Positions 26,040-35,568 of a stretch of DNA of 64,000 nt are shown here, piece by piece (within the stretch, counting starts at the first letter, position 1; every line of letters starts with the position of its first letter). A program made the translations under genes and the position numbers. The stretch lies in sequence record PV805630.1; one strand, written 5' to 3'. The stretch comes from a phage. Below the pieces are notes generated by a model. The model had not been told where the DNA came from, made no database searches, and saw nothing but the letters and a program-made list of their open reading frames with translations.

Positions 26040-26991
26040 ATTAGTTAGCATAAAAGATAGAGTAACCCTGGATGACTATGATGAATTAATGCAATTAGCT
26101 AGTAAATATGACATGCAGGAACAAGTGTCTGATTGCTTTAACTATGAGGGGGGTTGGTTGTTCTGTGGCCTCGATTTTGCATCCTTAGAGGATCGCATAT
26201 CAGCCCTAACAACCAAAGACCCTAATAAATTGCGTGTATACACTGACGGGTTCGATGGACATTCACTCAGAGCTAAATTTTATTTCGGGGAACAAATGCC
26301 GGATATTGATGACTCTGTGGAAGGCATCAACTCTATACAGAAAAAATATAAGTCATTACGTAGTGAATCGAAAGCACCTACTTTCTTATTAACCTACGGA
26401 GGGACTTATATGGGCTTAATGAAAAACTGTGGTTTCTCTGAAGAGAAAGCTAAGTTAATCGAATCCAGATACCACGAAATGTATACAGTTAGTGATGCGT
26501 GGGTTCAGTCTAAGCTAGACGAAGCTGCCAAAACTGGTTATGTAACTGCTGCATTTGGTTTGAGAGTGCGTACTCCTTTACTGGCTCAGGTATTACGTGG
26601 GACATGTAAGACTCCATATGAAGCAGAAGCTGAAGGTAGGACTGCTGGTAATGCCTTGGGGCAAAGCTGGTGTCTACTTAATAACCGTGCTGGTTCAGAG
26701 TTTATGCGTAAAGTCAGAGCCAGTGAGTTCAGATTAGATATACGTCCTAGTATTCACATTCATGATGCTCAGTACTTCATGATTCGTGACAATATGGATA
26801 CCTTGCAATTCACGAACAAGCATTTGGTGGAAGCCGTTAACTGGCAAGACCATCCTGATATTGCTCATCCAGAAGTTGGTTTGGGTGGGGAACTATCCTT
26901 GTTCTACCCAACGTGGGCTAACGAGATTGAGATTCCAAATCACGCTACCCCAGAAGAAGTTCATCAAATAATTCAAAAGGCATTCGCATGA
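25996..26991 (+). CDS. DNA polymerase (family A), C-terminal fragment: palm and fingers with motifs A, B, C
   Basis: Motif A DFASLEDRI, motif B SESKAPTFLLTYGG, motif C IHIHDAQYF; homology starts about residue 50 (EGGWLF); start codon uncertain (TTG 25996 or ATG 26020). Confidence 0.8.
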   Translation: MNRRRYFVMQDLLNKLVSIKDRVTLDDYDELMQLASKYDMQEQVSDCFNYEGGWLFCGLDFASLEDRISALTTKDPNKLRVYTDGFDGHSLRAKFYFGEQMPDIDDSVEGINSIQKKYKSLRSESKAPTFLLTYGGTYMGLMKNCGFSEEKAKLIESRYHEMYTVSDAWVQSKLDEAAKTGYVTAAFGLRVRTPLLAQVLRGTCKTPYEAEAEGRTAGNALGQSWCLLNNRAGSEFMRKVRASEFRLDIRPSIHIHDAQYFMIRDNMDTLQFTNKHLVEAVNWQDHPDIAHPEVGLGGELSLFYPTWANEIEIPNHATPEEVHQIIQKAFA

Positions 26992-27293
26992 CTAAAAGTA
27001 CTAAAGAAACCGTCGTCAAAAAATATCATTGGATGGTGGCAGCACAGGTAATCTTCCAGCTTCCTAAAGCCGATGATGGTTCCCTGCTTACCATGAACAC
27101 AATGCTGCTCACTACTGAACCTTATGTGACCTATAAAGATATGGCTCGTGCCAATCATTCCCTGAAAATTAGTCTGGACCAGCGTTTCGATACCTCAGTT
27201 GACCTGAAAGACATTGTTTATCTGTCTCTTAGCAACCTGGGTCTGATGTCTGAACCAGAGTTCCAGGCAAACATGATTCCCAAGGGGGAATAA
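26988..27293 (+). CDS. Hypothetical protein (101 aa)
   Basis: ATGA overlap with polymerase stop. Confidence 0.45.
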   Translation: MTKSTKETVVKKYHWMVAAQVIFQLPKADDGSLLTMNTMLLTTEPYVTYKDMARANHSLKISLDQRFDTSVDLKDIVYLSLSNLGLMSEPEFQANMIPKGE

Positions 27294-27577
27294 TGACTAA
27301 GCTCTCCGGTGGCCTTAATAACTACTATGTAGTTTTGATTAAGAATCCCCAACGGAAAGAGCAAGAGCCATACCAAGCAGAGTGTGAGGATATTATCCAA
27401 GCATTGGGCATGACCTTCGATGAAGGTTGTGCCTTTAAAGCTCTATGGCGAAATGCTGCTGCCCGTATGGGTAATGGTAAACCAGGTAACTCTTCGGTGT
27501 ACGACTCAGAGAAGATTGTGCACTATGCCAATCGAATATTGAAAAAGGCTTATAATGAAGATAACCAACAATCATGA
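27293..27577 (+). CDS. Hypothetical protein (94 aa)
   Basis: Overlapping start/stop. Confidence 0.45.
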   Translation: MTKLSGGLNNYYVVLIKNPQRKEQEPYQAECEDIIQALGMTFDEGCAFKALWRNAAARMGNGKPGNSSVYDSEKIVHYANRILKKAYNEDNQQS

Positions 27578-28535
27578 TGTCTCACTGGCGCTGGCTGTTT
27601 GGCTTGTTACAGATGATTATGATTATGTAGACAATCCTAAGTACCTGTCTGCTACTACATTGCTTAAGCCTATTAAGCAAATCGTCATGAAGCATCGTGT
27701 AGATTTTAGTGACCAGTCTATTGATGTTATGGATTTTGTTTCCACATCAATGGGTACTGGCTTACATGATTCTATCGAGAAAGCCTGGAAGCTAGGTCAT
27801 AAGACTGCATTGAAGAAGCTAGGTTATCCTCAGCGAGTAATTGATGCAGTAGTCATTAACCCAACCAAAGAAGACTTTGCTGCTAACCCTGACCTTATCC
27901 CAATCTACATTGAACAGCGTGGAACCAAGCAGGTTAAGGGATGGACTATTGGTGGTAAATTCGACATCGTAACGGAAGGTCTGTTGCAAGACTTCAAGTC
28001 TACCTCAACCTATTCCTGGGTTGCTGGTTCCCGTGATGATGAACACAAGATGCAAGGCAGCTTGTACCGTTGGATTCACAACGACATCATTACTGAGGAT
28101 GTAATTCGTATTAACTACATCTTCACCGACTTCATGAAACACATGGCTAACAGCAATCCGAACTATCCTGCTAATCGCATTATGCATAAGGATATTCCGT
28201 TACTGTCTGTCGAGAAGACTGAGCGTTGGGTGGAAGAGAAAATTCACTTAATCGAAAAGTACTGGGATGCACCTGAAGAGGAAATCCCTGAATGTACTGA
28301 CGAGGAGTTGTGGCGAACAGAGCCACAGTTCAAATACTTCTCTGATGCTTCTAAGGTAGATGTACCTGGGGCCAGAAGTACCAAAAACTTTGGCGATATG
28401 GCATCTGCCCGTATCTTCATGGCTGAAAAAGGTGGCAAGGGTGCTATCAAGGTTGTGGAGGGGCAGGTTAAACGCTGTTTATATTGCCCTGTCGCATCCA
28501 TTTGCAAACAAAAAGAGAGATATTTTCCATCATGA
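27555..28535 (+). CDS. PD-(D/E)XK nuclease, Cas4/RecB-like with C-terminal Cys cluster
   Basis: GGKFDIV...QDFK core; QGSLY motif; C-terminal CLYCPVASIC. Confidence 0.5.
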   Translation: MKITNNHDVSLALAVWLVTDDYDYVDNPKYLSATTLLKPIKQIVMKHRVDFSDQSIDVMDFVSTSMGTGLHDSIEKAWKLGHKTALKKLGYPQRVIDAVVINPTKEDFAANPDLIPIYIEQRGTKQVKGWTIGGKFDIVTEGLLQDFKSTSTYSWVAGSRDDEHKMQGSLYRWIHNDIITEDVIRINYIFTDFMKHMANSNPNYPANRIMHKDIPLLSVEKTERWVEEKIHLIEKYWDAPEEEIPECTDEELWRTEPQFKYFSDASKVDVPGARSTKNFGDMASARIFMAEKGGKGAIKVVEGQVKRCLYCPVASICKQKERYFPS

Positions 28536-30685
28536 GTATTGACCTTACCGGAGTAGTGCACCATCCAGCGATTGAAGAAATCGTAGATGTGCTCTGCAAT
28601 AAAACCCAGAATAACGACCGGGGATTCTTCCGTGTCGAAGTAGCCTACTTCTTGGCTAAAATGGCATCCTGCATGGGTGCAACCATCGTAACTAAAGACC
28701 GTGGTGACCTGCCGGTAAACATCTACGCTATGGCGTTGGCTACATCTGGTTTCGGTAAAGGTCACTCGGTAAATATCATTGAAGACGGGTTCATGACTGG
28801 CTTCCGTAAACGTTTTATGGAAGACACCATGCCCGTCATTGCAAATGACCGTTTATGGAAGATTGCTAACGAACGTGCTGCTCGTCAAGGTACGGACCAG
28901 AATGATGAATTCGATAAAGTTGAGGCAGAGTATAAGCGTGCTGGGGCATTCCCATTCACGTTCGACTCTGGTACAGCACCTGCTGTAAAACAACTTCGTC
29001 ACAAACTGCTTATGGCTGGTTGTGGTGCTATTAACTTACAGATTGATGAGATTGGTTCCAACCTCATTGCCAACGTTGAAGTACTTAACCTGTTCCTTGA
29101 GTTGTATGACCAGGGGAAAGTAAAACAGAAGTTAACCAAGAACACTGCTGAAAGTATTCGTGGTGAAGAACTGGATGGTAAGACTCCTGCTAACCTGCTG
29201 CTGTTCGGTACTCCGAGTAAGCTGCTGGATGGTGGTCAGACCGAAGACCAGTTCTATGACTTCCTCGATACAGGATATGCACGTCGTTGTCTGTTTGCCA
29301 TTGGACACTTAGACAAGCGAGCACATGCAACGATGACTCCGGAAGAAATCTACCATAACCTGATTAAGCAGGATAACGTTCAGTCTCTTGGTAAGTGGGC
29401 CAACCACTTCCATAGTCTGGCTGACCCAAACCTGTTTGGCTTTAAGATGATTGTGGAAGATGCAGTGGGTATTGCTCTGATTGCTTACAAAATTGATTGT
29501 GAGAAACAAGCAGAAGCTATGGCTGACCACGAAGAAATTCGTAAGGCTGAAATCTCCCATCGTTACTTCAAGGCTCTTAAGCTGGCAGGTGCATTGGCGT
29601 TTGTTGACCAGAGTTCATTCATTGAGATGTCTCACCTTAAACAAGCAATCCTGCTCGTAGAAGAATCTGGGGCAGCATTCCAGGGTATTCTCAATCGTGA
29701 GAAAGCCTATGTGAAGCTGGCTAAGTACATTGCCTCCGTAGGCAAAGAGGTTACTCATGCTGACTTGCTGGAGTCGTTACCATTCTATAAGAGTGGTAAT
29801 GCAGCTCGTAATGAGATGATGACTCTTGCTACAGCATGGGGTTACAAACAGCACATCATTATTAAGAAGACCTTCAATGAGGGTATTGAGTTCTTCCGTG
29901 GCGAGACTCTGAAAGAGACTGACACCAATGAGATGATAGTGGCTTATAGTGATAGCTTTGCTTATGACTATGTTGGTGAACGTGTACCGTTTGACCAGCT
30001 ACATGTATTAACCCAAGCTCCCGGTATGCACTGGGTGAACCATCACATGAAGAATGGGCATCGTTCTGAAGAGAACGTTATTCCAGGATTTAACATGATT
30101 GTTATTGATTGTGATGGTGGAGTACCACTGCATACGTGCCATGAACTGATGAAGGAATATAAGTTCATGACCTATACCACTAAGCGTCATACCGATGAAG
30201 AGAACCGCTTCCGTCTGATTATTCCAATGAATTATGAGTTACACCTCGACACTGAGGAATACAAAGAGTTCATGAATAACGTTATGGCTTGGCTACCATT
30301 CGAAACGGATGAATCTGCTAACCAACGAGCTAAGAAGTGGATGTCCTGTGAGACTGGTTCATATCATTACAACCTTGATGCGAATCTGTTGGATGTACGT
30401 GACTTTATTCCTCGTACCAGTAAGAACGAGCAGTTCCAGAACCAGATGAAGGAAGTACAGTCGTTAGACAATCTGGAGCGTTGGTTCGCTGGTCGTATTG
30501 CCTCCGGTAATCGTAATAATCAAATGATTAAGTACGCACTGGCATTAGTAGACAGTGGTTGGGACTTTGCTCAGGTACAGCAAGCCGTCTACACATTCAA
30601 TAAGAAACTGGCTAATCCATTGCCAGATGATGAATTGAATTCAACCGTAATGGTCACCGTAGCTAAACGCTTCGCTGGCAAGTAA
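28534..30685 (+). CDS. Primase-like replication protein (N4 gp43-like; about 717 aa from ATG 28534)
   Basis: Large ORF at the N4 primase position between nuclease and ATPase; no catalytic motif verified by eye. Confidence 0.45.
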
Positions 30686-30741
30686 GCAAACAGGAGTCTT
30701 TCTTTGGTTTGAAGGACTCCTAAACTAAACGAGGAAAAATA

Positions 30742-31494
30742 ATGTCCGAAGAAATCTCCAATGATATGAACACTCAGCTAATCCTGATTGCAGGATTCTC
30801 AGCGAGTGGTAAATCAGCATCACTGCGTAATATCCGGAACCAGGAACGCTGGCTGTATCTGAATACAGAAGCAGGTAAGCGTCTACCTTTCCGTAATAAG
30901 TTCAACACCTACAACATCGAAGACCCATATCAGATTTGGGAAGCATTTGATGTTGCATCTCCAGGTGGTGAAATGGCAGACGATGTTGATGGTATCATTA
31001 TTGACTCTGCTACCTTCATGATGGACATGCTGGAATCTCAGTATGTATTGCCATCTGCTAATACCCAGAAAGCCTGGGGAGACTTTGCACAGTTCTTTAA
31101 AATACTGCTGCAACAGAAAGTCGTTAAGTTTGGTAAGCCAGTAATTATTACTGCCCATGCCAAAGATGAACTTGACGAAGCTGCTGGTGTGATGAAAACA
31201 TTCATCCCGGTTAAGGGTTCACTGAAAAATAATGGCCTTGAGGCTTATTTCTCTACAGTAGTTTACGCAGAACGTGTAGACATTAAAGAACTGGAGAAGT
31301 ACGGCAACAAGATGCTTGATATTACGGAAGAAGAACGTGACTTAGGCTATAAGCACGTATTCCAGACTCGTCCAACCAAGAAGTCTGTTGGTAAACGACT
31401 TCGCTCACCAATGGGTATGTTTGATAAGTCGCAGACTTATATTGATAATGATGCCCAAAAACTCTTAGACCATCTGGCTGAATACTACGCTTAA
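30742..31494 (+). CDS. P-loop ATPase, Sak4/RecA-like (AAA_24-like)
   Basis: N-terminal Walker A AGFSASGKSAS; about 250 aa; AGGA RBS. Confidence 0.5.
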   Translation: MSEEISNDMNTQLILIAGFSASGKSASLRNIRNQERWLYLNTEAGKRLPFRNKFNTYNIEDPYQIWEAFDVASPGGEMADDVDGIIIDSATFMMDMLESQYVLPSANTQKAWGDFAQFFKILLQQKVVKFGKPVIITAHAKDELDEAAGVMKTFIPVKGSLKNNGLEAYFSTVVYAERVDIKELEKYGNKMLDITEEERDLGYKHVFQTRPTKKSVGKRLRSPMGMFDKSQTYIDNDAQKLLDHLAEYYA

Positions 31495-31534
31495 GCGTTT
31501 GCCTGGTTGTTAATCACTTATTAGGAAAAATATT

Positions 31535-32338
31535 ATGTCACTGTTCAGTAACTTGAAAGAAAAGACCAAAAACGTTGAAGCTGTAAAAGACTCCCTTGGT
31601 GGTGGTGGCTTCGGTGCTAAAGAATCCGATATCTACACCGGTACTGTAAAAGTAGCATATGTAGGTAAAGCTGACTCTGGTGCAGACTGGATGCAGTTAA
31701 TCATTGAAAACCTGAAAGGTTCTGACGGCAATGATGCTGGTGAGTTCCGTGCTCAGGTGTACTTTACTTCTGGTAATGCTAAAGGCAATAAGCCAACTTA
31801 CGAGAAGAATGGTAAAGAGTACTTCCTGCCTGGTTACACTGTCATTAATGACATGATGCTGATGGCTACTGGTTGTGAACTGCCAGATGCAGACTTCGAA
31901 GAGAAGATTGTTAAAGTCTATGACTTCGATCTGAAAGCTGAAACCAATAAATCTGTCATGGTTCCAGTTGACCTGGTTGGTCAGACTGTTACCTTCGCTC
32001 TGGAAAAGGTTCTGGAAGCTAAGCAGGTTAAAGGTGACAACGGTTACGTTGACTCCGGTGAAACCCGTGAAGTAAACGAGATTCAGAAAGTGTTTCATCC
32101 GGAACTGCTGGTCACAGTCGTCGAGGCTCAGGAAGCAGAGAAGGCTGAGAAAGAACTGACCCCAGAACTGGCTGTATTCTATGGAGCATGGCTGGAAAAG
32201 AACAAAGGTAAAACCCGTGATAAGACCAAGGGTTCTGCTGGTGGTAATGGTAAAGGTGGCTTGCCTCCTAAACCAGGTGCAGGTGCTGGCACGGGTACTA
32301 CTCCAGCTGGTGGTAAATCTCTGTTCGGTAAGCGTTAA
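31535..32338 (+). CDS. Putative single-stranded DNA-binding protein (N4 gp45-like)
   Basis: Size and position as N4 SSB; Gly-rich C-terminal tail; no OB-fold motif verified. Confidence 0.45.
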   Translation: MSLFSNLKEKTKNVEAVKDSLGGGGFGAKESDIYTGTVKVAYVGKADSGADWMQLIIENLKGSDGNDAGEFRAQVYFTSGNAKGNKPTYEKNGKEYFLPGYTVINDMMLMATGCELPDADFEEKIVKVYDFDLKAETNKSVMVPVDLVGQTVTFALEKVLEAKQVKGDNGYVDSGETREVNEIQKVFHPELLVTVVEAQEAEKAEKELTPELAVFYGAWLEKNKGKTRDKTKGSAGGNGKGGLPPKPGAGAGTGTTPAGGKSLFGKR

Positions 32339-32892
32339 TGAAAATCCCAATTGTCGGTGCAGACATTAGCCTCCGCAATTGGGGATTAGCTCGTGGGATG
32401 CTGGACATTGAGTCCGGCGTCTTCGAGCAGGTCGAACTTAAACTGGTTCAAACTGAAGTTGACCACAACAAACAAGTTCGAACCAACTCCAAAGATATAC
32501 AAGCTGCCCATGATTTGTTTCTTGGTTGTGAGGAATGGTTACGGTCTGCTAAAGCAGTATTCGTAGAAGTACCAGTAGGCTCTCAGTCTGCTAATGGAAT
32601 GAAGTCCTATGGTGTATGCGTAGGATTAATTGGTGCATTCCGTGCATTGGGTTGTCCAATCTTTGAAGTATCCCCAATTGAAAACAAACTTGCACTGGTC
32701 GGCGATAAAACTGCATCAAAAGACACGATGATTCGTGCTGCTCATGCCATCTATCCTGAAGCCAACTGGCTCACGGATAGTAAAGGTAAACTTCTGAATA
32801 AGAATGAGCACTTAGCTGATGCAATCGGTGCAATCCACGCTGGTGTAAATCTCCCAGCTTTCCAGAATCTCATTAAATTAATAAAGGCATAA
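32338..32892 (+). CDS. RuvC-like Holliday junction resolvase
   Basis: N-terminal IVGADIS with catalytic Asp, FVEVPVG, C-terminal LADAIGAIHAG typical of RuvC-like fold. Confidence 0.55.
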   Translation: MKIPIVGADISLRNWGLARGMLDIESGVFEQVELKLVQTEVDHNKQVRTNSKDIQAAHDLFLGCEEWLRSAKAVFVEVPVGSQSANGMKSYGVCVGLIGAFRALGCPIFEVSPIENKLALVGDKTASKDTMIRAAHAIYPEANWLTDSKGKLLNKNEHLADAIGAIHAGVNLPAFQNLIKLIKA

Positions 32893-32893
32893 T

Positions 32894-33343
32894 ATGCAAA
32901 TCGTTCTGAACCAGTCTGAAGTAGAAGCTGCTATTGAAGCTTATGTAAATGAACAGGTTAATCTTGCCGGGGACATTAATATCCTGGTGAATGCAGATGG
33001 TACTGCCACCATTGGCATCAATGAAGAGGCCGGTCATAGTGATGACACTCCCCCCGTGGTAGAGAAGAGGACTCGTCGTTCTCGTAAGAATCCACAAGAA
33101 GCCAAACACCGTCCGGTAGAACCAGAACCAGTTGTTGGGGATGAAACTGAAGAAGAGGTAAAGGAAGAAGAAACCCAGACCTCTACTGGTGGTGTGAACG
33201 AGAGTTCTACGCCGGAACCTGAAGAAGCAGTAGCTGAACCAGAAGCACAAGAAGAAGTTGTGCAGGAGGAAGTTAAGGCAGAAGAACCAGCAGAGAAACC
33301 TGCTGCGAAGCCTTCACTGTTCGCTGGCCTAAAACGTAGTTAA
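32894..33343 (+). CDS. Acidic hypothetical protein (149 aa)
   Basis: Glu-rich C-terminal half. Confidence 0.5.
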   Translation: MQIVLNQSEVEAAIEAYVNEQVNLAGDINILVNADGTATIGINEEAGHSDDTPPVVEKRTRRSRKNPQEAKHRPVEPEPVVGDETEEEVKEEETQTSTGGVNESSTPEPEEAVAEPEAQEEVVQEEVKAEEPAEKPAAKPSLFAGLKRS

Positions 33344-33574
33344 TCTGGTAGGTGGCTCAGAAGCTGCTGCTAGGTGTGGTAGTGTTTATAGTCCTGATGT
33401 TACTACTGGTCAGGATTATAGACGTGTCGGCTCCATACATAGCTTTTATCATCACTGTCATTATCCTGTGGAAATGCAGTGGTAAACACGGTGGTGACAA
33501 GCCGCCAGAATAACAACAACCGAACCAGTGGATTGGAATACTCTCCCCAGTCCATTGGTTCAACCGAGGTTGAT

Positions 33575-33745
33575 ATGAACAAATTTACTATTCACTGGCT
33601 CAATGGAAAGGTTAGTTCTTTCATGGGTGGGGAACCTGCTGAAGGAAACAAAGCATTCCACATTGATTCAGAAGGCTGCAAAATCTTAATACCTTATGCT
33701 TGGTATAAAGGTGGTGAAGTTGAAGCATTGAAAAAGAGTAGTTAA
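33575..33745 (+). CDS. Small hypothetical protein (56 aa; ORF track extends to GTG 33479)
   Basis: GAGG RBS 5 nt before ATG 33575. Confidence 0.4.
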   Translation: MNKFTIHWLNGKVSSFMGGEPAEGNKAFHIDSEGCKILIPYAWYKGGEVEALKKSS

Positions 33746-34186
33746 TATCGTGAAGGGTTCTGTTAGAATCCTTTGAGATAGGAACTCCTATCATAACCTT
33801 TCTTAACTTAATCTTTGCCGTATGGCACTGACGCTAGGGGTGGCCCCCCATCCGTCAGACAGACTATTTTAAGAACCGGTTATCTCAGAAAATGTAAAGC
33901 AACATTCGGGTTAATCAATGGCCTCTCCTATAGGGGCCATTTCTGAATCTTAGGCTATATCCCAAAGGTTAGTATCTTTGGGATAAGGCTTCAGATCCCT
34001 TATCAAACTAACTGCTCAATGTTGAGTATATTAATTAACCCAGCCCACTAAGGGGGCAGGAGTTTAATGCCGGTAAGCATAAGCCCATCCGCCTACAACA
34101 TCGAACTGTTAGATCTTACATGCAACATAGGGTAATGGGAGGATTCGTCCCCTCCCTCCTATTATGAACCAATTCGTGAGAACTCT

Positions 34187-34405
34187 TATCTTGGCTACCG
34201 GGAAAGGAGTGAAAAATGTTCGTAAACTACTCCCCAATTAGGTTCAACTCCTAAGCCAGGGTAAGTGTTCTCACTAATTGGAAAAATTAAGACGGGTCTG
34301 GTGAAGTAGATGGGGTTCGATTCCCTCCGGTGGAGTAATCCACTAGCGTGCTTGGTGTACGAATAAGACTTAGTACTGGTGGTTCGATTCCATCCCCCGT
34401 TACCC
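34187..34405 (+). other. Cluster of three tRNA T-arm-like hairpins at about 70-nt spacing (not foldable into canonical tRNAs by hand)
   Basis: GGTTCAACTCC at 34241, GGTTCGATTCC at 34314 and 34381, each inside a 4-5 bp stem; 7-bp acceptor-like pairings 34189-34195/34255-34261 and 34309-34315/34395-34401; no D-arm or anticodon arm found by hand. Confidence 0.3.
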
Positions 34406-34828
34406 GAAGTCGCCAGGTACTTATGGCAAACAACGAGGTAGTAACGAACTAGTCATTCGTCAAACGCCCACCCAATTATGAGTCAGCAAGAACGCCTTCA
34501 CTTAAACTTAAACAAAAAAGCTTAACGCAATAATTATGTAGGGGTATGTAAGGATTGCGAAGAAGGAGCCAGTTAGAGCCTGGCATGACTCACCCATTTA
34601 GCAGTAACATAGTCCTGATTGCATAGCACTCTAAAGACAACACTGGTAAGACAGTCCAGTGGCTGCTAATGTACTGTTATTCCCCTCGACGGGAATTTCG
34701 CTAGTGAAGGTAACACTTAAAAATCCAAACCTACGTCTTACTGCTATCGGGCTATCAACCCACGGTCGCTTAACCCACTAGTGGTAGTAGTTTGACGGCC
34801 TACCTCGTTGACTGCGTTAAAGTCACTA

Positions 34829-34868
34829 AGTCCCTCGGAGCCGTCACTCTGGGGGACTTTTTTATTTG
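34829..34868 (+). terminator. Intrinsic terminator closing the ORF-free structured region
   Basis: AGTCCCTC...GGGGGACT 8-bp stem followed by TTTTTTATTT. Confidence 0.55.
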
Positions 34869-34892
34869 AGAACTACTTATTGGACGATTCAT

Positions 34893-35045
34893 ATGATTGA
34901 CCTAATCTTAACCCCGTATGCCTATGAGGTAACGGATAACCGAGGACGTAAGTCTCTGGTATTTGCAGGTAGCGTAGCCTATAACAACGCAGTCATGTTT
35001 AAATACAAACTTAAACCACTCTATGAGGCTAACAATGGAATTTGA
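34893..35045 (+). CDS. Small hypothetical protein (50 aa), below ORF-track cutoff
   Basis: Hand translation MIDLILTPYAYEVTDNRGRKSLVFAGS...; weak RBS. Confidence 0.25.
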   Translation: MIDLILTPYAYEVTDNRGRKSLVFAGSVAYNNAVMFKYKLKPLYEANNGI

Positions 35046-35172
35046 TGATTTAGATTTTGAAGCTATTGAAAAGGCGAACCGGGAGAAACTGGAACAAGCT
35101 AATCGTGAAGCTGAAGAGTTAGAAAACGCTAAAGGTAACAATGATTGCACGAGTGGTGGTTGCACCATTTAA
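35035..35172 (+). CDS. Small acidic coiled-coil protein (45 aa), below ORF-track cutoff
   Basis: GAGG RBS; MEFDDLDFEAIEKANREKLEQANREAEELENAKG...; the Ser-rich minus-strand ORF 34908-35168 looks like its antisense shadow. Confidence 0.35.
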   Translation: MEFDDLDFEAIEKANREKLEQANREAEELENAKGNNDCTSGGCTI

Positions 35173-35296
35173 CAAACAAGTGTAAGGTGGTTTTTACCGA
35201 AAGGTACTAAACTACCCGACATGTAGTAAGGCTCATGAAGCCAAAACAAAACAAGCCCTCTTAGTGAGGGCTTTTCCATATCTGTAGGAAACTATT

Positions 35297-35527
35297 ATGA
35301 CGCAAGTATCTATTACCTCTGTTGTTCGTGAAGCCATTCTCAATAATACCGTCCGTACATATTCATTCGATGAAATCGCAGAGAAGCTAGGAGTAACCCG
35401 TTACGTGGCTAAGAAACTCTACTTCACTTTCCTGTGGTTCCCTACGGAAGAAACATTACGGAAGATTAAAGAGACTGGTAAATTTCCAAGTGAAGGACGT
35501 AAGCCTAAAATGTGGAAAACACCCTAA
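35297..35527 (+). CDS. Small putative HTH protein (76 aa)
   Basis: ATG start; YSFDEIAEKLGVTRYVAKK helix-turn-helix-like. Confidence 0.5.
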   Translation: MTQVSITSVVREAILNNTVRTYSFDEIAEKLGVTRYVAKKLYFTFLWFPTEETLRKIKETGKFPSEGRKPKMWKTP

Positions 35528-35537
35528 CTTCTAAAAG

Positions 35538-35568
35538 CAAAGCCCCTCTTTTGAGGGGCTTTCTCATT
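35538..35568. terminator. Bidirectional intrinsic terminator between convergent genes
   Basis: AAAGCCCCTC-TTTT-GAGGGGCTTT with T-rich flanks on both strands, between plus ORF 35297-35527 and the minus-strand virion RNAP gene. Confidence 0.6.

Noticed and set aside
34187-34405. Calling three canonical tRNA genes from the GGTTCGATTCC / GGTTCAACTCC motifs
   Set aside because: Hand folding gives good T-arms and plausible acceptor pairings but no D-arm or anticodon arm with correct loop size; kept as tRNA-like and left for tRNAscan-SE or Infernal to decide.
34908-35168. Minus-strand 86-aa ORF
   Set aside because: Ser-rich low-complexity translation that mirrors the Glu/Ala-rich plus-strand small ORFs; judged an antisense shadow, and the plus-strand ORFs have RBSs.
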